NCBI RefSeq assembly: GCF_964355755.1
Contig: NC_092670.1
Location: forward strand, 33,220,388-33,284,387
Length of the DNA: 64,000 bases
Direction: 5' to 3'
Source of the DNA: Antedon mediterranea
Taxonomy: Eukaryota; Animalia; Echinodermata
Positions 25,297-36,700 of this stretch are shown in pieces (position 1 is the stretch's first letter; the number at the start of each line of letters is the position of its first letter). A program made the position numbers and the translations under genes. The notes beneath the pieces are model-generated. The model saw only the letters and a program-made list of their open reading frames with translations, was not told the origin of the DNA and did no database searches.

Positions 25297-25843
25297 ATTC
25301 TTACACTTTGAAGAACTATTACGATGTAGACTCTATTGTTATTACTCTTACACTTTGAAGAACTATTACGATGTAGACTCTATTATTCTATACACTTTGA
25401 AGAACTATTACGATGTAGACTCTATTATTCTATACACTTTGAAGAACTATTACGATGTAGACTCTATTGTTATTACTCTTACACTTTGAAGAACTATTAC
25501 GATGTAGACTCTATTATTCTATACACTTTGAAGAACTATTACGATGTAGACTCTATTACTCTTACACTTTGAAGAACTATTACGATGTAGACTCTATTAT
25601 TCTATACACTTTGAAGAACTATTACGATGTAGACTCTATTACTCTTACACTTTGAAGAACTATTACGATGTAGACTCTATTATTCTATACACTTTGAAGA
25701 ACTATTACGATGTAGACTCTATTACTCTTACACTTTGAAGAACTATTACGATGTAGACTCTATTACTCTTACACTTTGAAGAACTATTACGATGTAGACT
25801 CTATAGGTATTACTCTTACACTTTGAAGAAATATTACGATGTA
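25297..25843. repeat. Minisatellite, about 12-13 units of 41-47 bp (TACACTTTGAAGAACTATTACGATGTAGACTCTATT...)
   Basis: Near-identical tandem units with three recurring linker variants. Lies in the putative 5'-UTR intron of lectin 3 (acceptor near 25261, donor near 25862, minus strand). Confidence 0.95.
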
Positions 25844-26024
25844 TAAACCATTTTTCTCATACCTGAATGAATGGATCAAAAAATAACGGGTACGAATTTG
25901 ACTGAAAGAAACATTCTCCTATCAAGCGTACTTAGCAAGTAAAGAATGTTGTATTTGTATTTACCATATTATATTCTCCGAAAGTTACCATGGTTTTTTG
26001 ATTACACGTCACAAGAATAGTATA

Positions 26025-28400
26025 GAAAAGTATACGTTTATTAAAATAAACAATACAAAATATGAATTAATTCCTTACCTGATATTTTCATTGTAACAAA
26101 TTATTTAAAGGTTAATTTCATGTTAATTATACTCCGTTCTTTTGTTCTTTTTGCCTCAATAATCTATAAATTATTGTTAATGACCAATTGTTGATTTTCA
26201 AGGTAATTTTTACCTCTCAATATATCAAATTAATTTTATACGGACGAAGTAATTTATGATATCTAAAAAATACATACATACCATTTTCTTTAGTTACTTT
26301 TAATTTATCGATCGGGGAAAGTATACAAAAATATAGGTTTAACAAAATAAACAATACAAAATATAAATCAATTCCTTACCTGATATTTTCATTGTAACAA
26401 ATTATTAAAAAATGATTAATTTCATGATAATTATACTCCGTTCTTTCGTTAAAAAAGCTGCCTCAATAATCCGTAAGTTATTGTTATTGACCAATTGTTG
26501 ATTTTTAAGGTAATTTTTACCTCAATATAACATAAAATTAATTGTATCTATATATAAATTTACGTAAGGGCAAAATTCGGTAAATCGCAGTTTATTTCTA
26601 GAATTTTTACTCGATGGTATATAAAGTTGGTTCGTACTTTCGGTACTGATTTTAACCATCTGATGTAACCATGTTTACTAATTAAATTGAGTTAGATAAT
26701 TAGTTATTGACAATTAAAACGAATTTAGGTTCAACGATTTTCCCCAAATAGGGGTGTTTCGTGGTCGTGGTATACACTGTCTAATGGATGTCCAACTTGA
26801 AAAATACCCGCAGACAATAATGCGAGGATGCTTCGCATTTTCCTATCTCCTCCTACGATAATTGTTTTTAATAGCTGAAAACCGGTTGAACAGCTCGAGT
26901 ACAGCATCATAATGTTGAAGACAGGCCGATTTTCTTTAAAAAATACTATTTTTATAGATTTAATATACGTTTATACAAATGTTTTGATCTGCGATAAATG
27001 GAACATTCCAATCTCTGTTCCACAAGTGTCTATTCCCTCAGGCGTCGTAAAGACAAGTACTGTACAGCCATAACAGAAATTCGATACACTTTTTTCCAAT
27101 CTGTGGAATCTTTTTTTTTAACGCATAATGAGCTAGCCTTTCCAGTCGCCGTCTATTATGTACAATCAAATTTATTATTGCAGCTAAACCACCAACAACA
27201 CCACCACCCTCCCCTCACTGGCATGAGTAGCGTTGTAAAGCCAGTAGAGGGCAGGCCTACAGTACGAATGATCAGTACATGCCCTAAACGCAGAACAACT
27301 TTGGTGGTTAGGAAACAACTTAATTTTCAATACAAGTTGGGTAGTGGGTAGCATAATTGGCTCTATGAAACAATTAACCATTAGGCCTACTAATTAAGTT
27401 GAGTTAGATAATTATTTATTGACGATTAAAGCGAATTTACGATTTGCCTCGAATAGAGGTGTTTAATATATTACTGACAGTTCCTTCTGAACGTTTGTAA
27501 TCATGTAACTTCAAAAAAATATAAACGTCATATTAGTGATGTATCGTTACATGTACTGTACTATTTCAATCGACTATGACGGTGACAGTTTCAACAAAGT
27601 ATTAAAGCGCAATGTTTTACTGTGTTTACTGGTATATTATTTGTAAAACATGAAAACAATTCATATTTCGTTACTAAATCGATAAAGAATATATTTAAAA
27701 ATTGTTCGTCTTTGCATCCATCCTCTTCCCCATCCCTCAACCCAAATGTTACATACAAAACACAAATTCAGTTTGTTTCTTATTTTGTGACAAGTTTCTT
27801 TTTCGGAAGTAATTCCCGGGGTGCTGATTTTAGTTGAGTACATAAATCACTGTGTCTATTTATTCGTTCCTGTAAACAACATGTATTATTGTCCTGCATG
27901 TGCATTTGAAGTCGCCAGTTTTTTAAACGCTGAAATTACTATGTATTCGAGAACCATCTGTGGGCACGACCTAGATGGTACGCGAGCGAAGCGAGCGTAC
28001 CATCTAGTACGAAGTAATTTATGATATCGAAAAATACATACATAGGCTACATATGCATTTGCCTTAGTTACTTTTAATTAATCAATCGGGGAAAATATAA
28101 AAAAAAAGTTTATAGGTTTAACAAAATAAACAACAAAATATAAGAATGAATTTCTTATCTGATGTTTTCATTATAACAAATTATTTAAAAAATGATTAAG
28201 TTCATGTTAATTATACTCCGTTCTTTTGTTGAATAAGCTGCCTCAATAATCTGTAAATAATTGTTAATGACCAATTGTTGATTTTCAAGGTAATTTTAAC
28301 TCAATATATAAAATTAATTGTATACCAAGTAATTTAAGATATCGAACAAAACACATACATACAGTTATATATGCTTTAGTTATTTTTAATTAACAATCAG
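26025..28400. repeat. About 300-bp tandem triplication interrupted by Helitron copy 4
   Basis: Units around 26030-26330, 26330-26546 plus 28008-28100, and 28100-28400 share CCTGATATTTTCATTGTAACAAATTAT...GACCAATTGTTGATTTT...AAGTAATTTATGATATC. Confidence 0.85.
26547..28007 (+). mobile_element. Non-autonomous Helitron, copy 4 (intact termini)
   Basis: A|TCTATATATAAA...CTAGATGGTACGC-GAGCGAAGCGA-GCGTACCATCTAG|T. The empty site is visible in the neighbouring repeat unit at about 28311-28335. Confidence 0.93.
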
Positions 28401-30492
28401 GGTGGGGGTGGAAGGAGGGGCGAGGGGTTGTGTTGTTGGGTGGGGTTAATAGAACTGCGCAAAAACTTATTTGGCCAATTTATTTTGATTTTAAATACCG
28501 GGGTTAAGGTGTTTAGAAGACCATATATGAAGAGATACAATAACCTGAATATCACCATTCCCTGGTTTTGATTAATTAAATAATCAAAAACAGCCAATAC
28601 GCCAGCATGGCATAAGACCTCATGTTTAAGTACAAATGATAATATAACATTAATATATTAATTGATTCACCATCTAACATGCGATTCTTACATAGAAAAG
28701 AAAGTGTTATGCATTTGTTTCTTCCTTAGAACCTTTGTAAAAAGTATTTTTTCATTTTTTGAGGAAGACTGAAGACTGTTCGGCATCCACCGATAAATGT
28801 TAATTTATACATTCATAAACAATATTAATATTAATTATAGCATGGAGCTATCAATGTATATTTCCTCCATGATTAGATTAATAAGGACGCAAAGCAAGAA
28901 CGTAAGCACAACGATTTGACCAATCACAAGCGCCAGTTACAATCCGTTATGCGTGATTAATTCTAGACTGACGTAAAGCACATACTAGCATAAATAGGGA
29001 GGAAAATGTGTACCATTCGTTCACTGCGAGTACGGGAATACAGTATGTGTATTAATATTGTAACAAACCAGATATGTATTTAATAAAATACGAATGATGA
29101 ATAGCTGATTATTGTTTTTTTGTACTTGTCAAGATCATTGACCGAAATCATAGTACTGTATTTGTCACTTTTCATTGGTCAACCCGCTATGCCATTGCGT
29201 CTCCGAGTGGTAGCCTTAATGATGATGCTGAATGTTGTACTAAGTTTAATAATGGAGGAAATCCTCCATGGTTTAATAAATACATACATCATTAATATAA
29301 ATTTGTCATTTGCCATAAATTCAGTAGTAATTAAATAAATAAAATAAGTTTAAATTCAAACCTACAGTATAGTCTGTAAATACAGTAATTTAATAGTCAT
29401 AATATAGCAATTACAGTCTGGGACAATAAAATAGAAATATATATTATATATAAAATGTACAAAACTCATCGAGGAAGCAGTAGCTATTATAAGATAATCC
29501 GATAAACGATAAACACATTGAGAAGACATATACAATATTTTGATTTTGCCAACAGAAAAAGTTTAGCACTACTTATATTAAACGTCCCCAGTATTAAAGG
29601 AAAATTGAGCAACACAGCATCACCTAGTGTCTTAGACCAAAATCTCACCCTTAATCCATTACGTGTACAAGCCCCTTAGCAAGGACCCTGCTTTGTTTGT
29701 GTAAACAATTCACAACAGGATACCTCATTACAATTTTGACAGGTTATTTGACCTTGGTTCAAAAATCTAAGGGACACGTCATGCAACCTTACACACTACA
29801 GGGACCACATATGACATTATGATTTCTACCAAACCCCTGTTATGTGTTTGGTAAGAAAAAAAAAGGGGTAAACATTACAATTATAACACGGTATTGTTAA
29901 AATGTGATGAACCTATGCTTTTAAAACAGAGTCTTGTTTAGGCTTAAGTATCGTTTGTCGACTAAAACCATCCTGTTACTGAGGAGAACTCAGCTTTTAA
30001 CTTAAAACACCATGTTTTGAAAGTTGTTGAATTCAGTGTCACTAATGAATGCATGTCTGAAAAGGTTTAGAGAGTTTAGTCATCGTCTGGAAATTGAAAA
30101 TGTGTATCATTGGTCCATAAATGGTGGGAACGTTTACAATTTCTTTCAACAAAAGGAGATTAATTATGATTTTGTTGTTGTTAATTAAGCAATAAAGATT
30201 GAAAAATATGCTATTGTCCTTTTGGATGGGAAGTAAAAGCCGAAATAACATAATACATTATCAAACAAATTATTATGAACTCGTCCTTTAGATTATCCTG
30301 GTGTGCTAAATGCATGACCACATCCCATAATCCTGCATGTTGCTCTTGTTGTGGCTTACATCTGATGAGATGTTATAAAATAAAGTGCCATCGTGAATTT
30401 ATATTTTGGATGGTAAGTAAGCAGAAATAACTCTTCAGATTATCCTGTGCCACCACAGAAGAGCTAAATTCTCTCCCTGTACATTTCTACAA

Positions 30493-30771
30493 TCATAAAT
30501 CTAATGATTTTTTTGCTGACAGATGCCAAACTTTAAATTTACTTAATGTTGAGCTCTGAGCATCATCACCGTGAAAACCCTTTCCTAACAAACGATTTTT
30601 GGCTTGTTGAAAAATGGCGATGAATGTGTCACGCATCCTTGAATCAACTTCGTAACAATAATTTGGATTGGATTCGGCAGTGTTTGAGCTTTCTGATTGG
30701 CTGTCACTCTCGGGAATGAAACCTGATGTTGCGTCAACAAAATCAGCTACTCGACTAGCAGTGGTGTCTTT
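30493..30771 (-). CDS. VPS13B: VPS13B terminal exon
   Basis: AG acceptor, phase 0, [12 protein letters not shown]...[29 protein letters not shown]..., TGA at 30493-30495. Confidence 0.85.
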   Translation of the reverse strand, partial: KDTTASRVADFVDATSGFIPESDSQSESSNTAESNPNYCYEVDSRMRDTFIAIFQQAKNRLLGKGFHGDDAQSSTLSKFKVWHLSAKKSLDL

Positions 30772-33700
30772 CTGTTACATTAAAAAAAAAAAATCATTAT
30801 CACTATTATTTAACTCAGGAACAACACCTCTCTTTTATAGGTACCGTCCACTGCCATCAAAACCCACACACCACTACTACAATCAATTATTCCCACTGTA
30901 AACCATAACCAACACAACAATCATTAACAAAACAGCAATAATTACCAAAACGATAAATGTTACAACTACAAACCATCATACCACTACAAAATATCACTCC
31001 ATAAAAAAAATATATAACCAACACACAACACATAACCGATCATCAAAACCACCACTGCAAATCATCACCAAAACTGCAAACCATCATTACCACCATTGAA
31101 AACCATCACCACCACCACTGCAAACCATCATTATCACCACTGCAAACCATCACCACCACCACTGCAAACCATCATTACCACCACTGCAAACCATCATTAC
31201 CACCACTGCAAACCATCACCAGCACCACTGCAAACCATCATTATCACCACTGCAAACCATCACCACCACTACTGCAAACCATCATTACCACCACTGCAAA
31301 CCATCACCACCACCACTGCAAACTATCATTATCAGCACTGCAAAACATCACCACCACTGCAAACCAGAACCACCACTACAAACCATCACCACCACTATAC
31401 AAACCATCACCACAACTACAAAACATCACCACCATTACAAACCATCACCACCACTACAAACCATCACCACCACTACAAACCATCACCACCAATACAAACC
31501 ATCACAACTAAAAAACATCACCACCACTGCAAACCATCACGACCACTGCAAATCATCACCACCATTGCAAACCATAACCACCATTGCAAACCATAACCAC
31601 CACTGCAACCCAACACCACCACTTCAAACCATCATACCACTTCAAACCATCATACCACTACAAACCATCATACCACTACAAACCATCACCACAACTACAA
31701 AACATCACCACCACTGCAAACCATCACGACCACTGCAAATCATCACCACCATTGCAAACCATAACCACCACTGCAACCCAACACCACCACTTCAAACCAT
31801 CATATCACTTCAAACCATCACCACCATTGCAAACCATCACAACCACCTCAAACCATAAAACCACTACAAACCATCACCACAACTACAAAACATCAACACC
31901 ATTACAAACCATCATAACCACTACAAACCATCAAACCACTACAAACCATCACCACCATTACAAACCATCATACCACTACAAACCATCACCACAACTACAA
32001 AACATCACCACCACTGCAAACCATCACGACCACTGCAAATCATCACCACCATTGCAAACCATAACCTCCACTGCAACCCAACACCACCACTTCAAACCAT
32101 CATACCACTACAAACCATCACCACAACTACAAAACATCACCACCATTGCAAACCATCACAACCACTTCAAACCATAAAACCACTACAAACCATCGCCACA
32201 ACTACAAAACATCAGCATAACTGTAACAAAACATCACCACCACTTCAAACCATCATACCACTACAAACCATCACCACAACTACAAAACATCACCACCATT
32301 GCAAACCATCACCACCACTTCAAACCATAAAACCACTACAAACCATCGCCACAACTACAAAACATCAGCATAACTGTAACAAAACATCACCACCATTACA
32401 AACCATCACCACCACTGAAAACCATCATAACCACTACAAACCATCAAACCACTACAAACCATCACCACAACTACAAAACATCACCACCATTGCAAACCAT
32501 CATAACCACTACAAACCATCAAACCACTACAAACCATCGCCACAACTACAAAACTAAACTTCACCGCCATGAAAAATCTTAATTCTATCTGGATATTATG
32601 TCTCTAAAGTGTCTGCAGTCACATTCAAAGCAATTAATGCCTTATAAAAAGATTTTAGAAATTAAAACAAAATGTAGCAAAAAACTGCTAAAAACAGATT
32701 TTGAGTGAAAACTTACATCCTGGTTTGAAGGTGTTGCAGCTTGTTTAATACACAGATACAACATGTCCTCTTGATGAGGCTTGGAGTGACAGTCAATCTC
32801 TGACACTGGAAATGCCTGCTGCTGGGTGTCCTCGCTACTGCTAACAATAAACAAAATCTCAGGCGTGAGCAGGAGCACCCCACTATGGTGAAGGCCGTGG
32901 TATGTCACAGACACTGCATCAAGGCACATAAGGATTGTTGGGTTGCGTAGTGTATGCAGCATCTTCCTGCAAAATATGAATCCAGTTTATGCTTTATTTG
33001 TTTGTACAACTGATCTTAAGCTCAAAACGTGTCAAATCTGAGGAACATTCCCACACAATGGCTTCTACAAATCAGCCAATCAGATTTTAGTTTGAAGAAC
33101 CTCCCTTTTCTCAGCCACCAATTGCTACACTTAATTGCAAAAAGACAGAGCGTAATATCTTATATGTCAAAACCAAGAAGATATTCAATTATCTCTGTGG
33201 TCTTAAAACAATGTTCTACATCTATTATAAAAGTTTTCCTTCTAATCTGTGATTCTACAACATTTCATTTCTTATATTAAAGCTTGGTTCCCACATGGAA
33301 CGCAACATAAGCAAGCCTGAAGTAATTTGACCAATCATAATGCGATGGATCATCGGAAATTTCCCTTGTGATTGGTCGACTCACTTTAGTTGTGCCTACA
33401 TTGTTGCATCGTATCTAAATGTGAATTCTTATCATTATAACCAGTTAAAAACAGTTAATTTAAAAAAATGTACATTTTGAAATAAATCTTTTATCTTACC
33501 ACATATATTTTACTTGTCCGTTGACGGCCATTGCAGCAAGTTGGTTACTGGCTGGGTTCCTTTGCTTCAGTGTGGGTGAGAGTCCAGTACTATGCAAGAT
33601 TCCTTAATAATAAATTATTATTGTGTACAATATATCTTGAATCATGATATAACATAGAGCAATTTAATCAGACCTAACAGTGAAGATCCAAAGCTCAAGT

Positions 33701-36700
33701 GGTTCTTCTTTTCTTTTTTACATTTTTTTTACAATGATAGGATTGATAAACACAATTTTTCTAAACTAAATCTTCTATGAAGCTTAGGTGATGCTGCTGT
33801 CTTTTGGCTATGATAATAAAGACAGGGCTTTCAACATTAATACTCTCTTCCCTATTCCCTTGCAAGTGTCTTCCAATCTTCCAAAAAAACTCTCGTTCTG
33901 TGTGGAGTTGCAAAAAAGTATTGGCATCATACAAGATTCGATCTCAGGACCAGGGAACTTGTGAAAAAGCACCACACATAGAGTATATTCTTACCTTTGC
34001 CAGTTTGAGACACTAACTGAGCTGCTCCACCTAATGGTTTGATGACAACCCCCATTACTCCACGTCCTACCCCTGATATAACACCTGTTGCTTGTTGAGC
34101 TAGTGTTTCATTATATGCTTGTTGAAATCCTCTGATTGGCTGGTCAGCTATGCCAGCTATTGCACCTACAAAAAGACATAATGTTACTGTTATTATAACC
34201 ATCATTAAGCGGAGTTTACAATACAATGTCACATAAATATATTTACATGCGGCCCTGAATCACAGTCCCTATATTACTGTAATATGACTATAATAGTGTA
34301 GCTGACTTCACCCTATTTGTAGCGAACTAATCCTAACACCACAGCAACTAGATATCATGAACATCATCTAGTTTGTGGATTCGATAGGAAAACAATCAGT
34401 AGATAAATACCTGGCAAAACATACCTAAAACACTGATTCCAAAGCTACTGAGACCATTCATTAGACCAGCTGACATTCTGTCTGGCACCATTCTTCTCTG
34501 TTGTTCTTGCATGGCAATATGGTCTGGATCAAGTGTCAAACGATCAAGATTTCTTGAAACACTAGATGCAAAATTGGTAACAGAAGAGAGCGTACCTAGA
34601 AAACAGAGTGAATGAAATTGATGAAAATTAAACAATCACATGCTTATAAAATTAGTTAAGAATACAAAAAAACAAAAGCGATCAAGCATTAAGAAGAAAA
34701 AAATATGTGCATTCTTTACCTGCGGACACATGTTTGATGAGTGATGACACTCCTCCAGTAACACCAGATATAAATGCTGCTGGACCTCTGGTTAGGCCCT
34801 CATATGGGAGGTAGATTGAATCTGCAATGCCACTACGAATATTCCGAACAAGTCCTGCTGGATTACCTAATATCTCTAGTGATCCAATAGCCCAACCTGA
34901 AAAATAAAAATACCAAATTTTAACAATGTTCTATGAATTAATTTTTGATCTGTTGCAAGTAGGTCTGCATGATAGAAACACAAAACATGTTGGACAACTT
35001 ACTGTATAAGGGTGTGCCAGACTGTATGGTTCTATTTCTTTTTAGTGTTGCATACTGTAAAGTATTTGTCTTACCTGCTTTGAAAAGTGCTCCTGACGTG
35101 TAATGCATTGTTAAAGCCTGAATAAGTTGCCGGCTTGTAGTAAACACCGGGCGACAGTCAAACTTTCTGAAAGATAATGGTGTGCTGTCTAACGAGATAA
35201 ACATCTTCAGTGAAGCATGAACACTTGCCTGTACCGTGATTGGTTGAATAGTTAAATGCTGCATGCAGATTGGTAACTTCAAGCTCTGATTCACAGCTCT
35301 AACAACTAACGGTATGTCATAGCCTTTTTGAACAGATTCTACTAGTTTACCCGGAATGAAGCTCTTGTATTTTGTCATCAGCTGAAAGATAAGCTGATCT
35401 TCAAGGTATACTGCTAAAGGCCTGACTTTTACATTTACAGATTGCACACCCCCAGAACCGTTTAACCTTTCTTTTTCCAGAATGACATGCACTACTAAAG
35501 TATCTTCAGCATGACTGAGTTCAGCTTGTTCCTCTATTGAAATCTTCTGAACACTTTTAACAACAGTTTTCTTAGTAGCTTCATCACACGAGACCAAGAT
35601 TACAGGGAAGTTGAAGACGCCATTGTTGAATGATTGATTGTCTAGCTGTACATGTCCAATTGCAATATGAAGATTCTGCTGAATGACTTCTGAGTTAGCA
35701 TTACTTGATGGATAGTACAGTAGACACATGTCCTCAAGGAACAGACACAGCAACTCTGTAACCTCCACTGGCTGTGAGGCTTGATCAAGAATCTTCATAG
35801 ATAGCTCTGAGAAAAAGAGGCCAATTTTCATTTCTGTTGCTGCTCCGATACTATCTGTAATGTCTTCTACTTCTTCTATGAGCTCCTGACATTCAATCTT
35901 TTGTCTATCATCTTCTTTTTCATGCATACTTAATGGTTCCACGATTACCTGAAGGCAGGATGCAATGCAGTAGCTGCTGACTAGAATATATCCAACACCA
36001 GGAATTGTAAGAATCTCTGATTTAAGATCACTACTGGATGCCAATGCTACAGCTTCACTCCACCTGCTCGAAGCAGGCAATTCTTCCACATCTTCCATTG
36101 TTGATTCTTTACTCAATCTACCTAAAGCAGATGGTTCATTCACATCAGCTTCTTCCACCTCAAGCTGCTCCTCACCCACCCTTCCTGAACCATTTTGATC
36201 TTCAGTTATTTCTAGCCTAGAATCTGCTCGAAGGCTGTTCTGAGGTGATGTACAGTGAGCAAATTTTAGAGCAGGAGTGGCATGCTGACTTTCTGTTGGA
36301 AGGTTTGGTTTCTGCTGGATGTCGAAATGCCTTGTTGATTGACCATGGATGAAAGATATACTTTGAAGACGTTCATCATTTTCCAAAATATATCCATTTT
36401 CTAAAAGTCAGACAGATAATTTGTTTGTTATTTAGTACAAACTATAAAAAATATTTAATAAATTTGATACAGAAAATGTATATCAAATTGAGCTGCTGTA
36501 ATTTTTGAATCAACATATTATTTTGAAGAAAATTGTGTAGTCAGATGACATCATATTTTAACATTATCTCAAATAGTAAATGTACCTCTAAATTCACTTT
36601 CCAAAAAGGTTTGTGCAAATCTTAAACCTGTACGGCATTTGTTCTTAATAACAGTTCGAGGAGTAGGATCGACATCCACAGTAATGTAAAGCACGCCCTC

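Noticed and set aside
25297-25843. CRISPR-like array of repeats of about 35 nt
   Set aside because: Linkers are only 6-12 nt and recur identically rather than being unique spacers. There are no cas genes and the context is a eukaryotic intron.
26998-28024. ORFs inside Helitron copy 4 as captured genes or RepHel
   Set aside because: No Rep or helicase motifs. The frames are not conserved in the other copies.
31096-32177. His/Thr/Pro-rich ORFs (extensin- or mucin-like)
   Set aside because: Open in several frames simply because the repeat lacks stop codons. They are antisense within a VPS13B intron and have no signal peptide or splice support.
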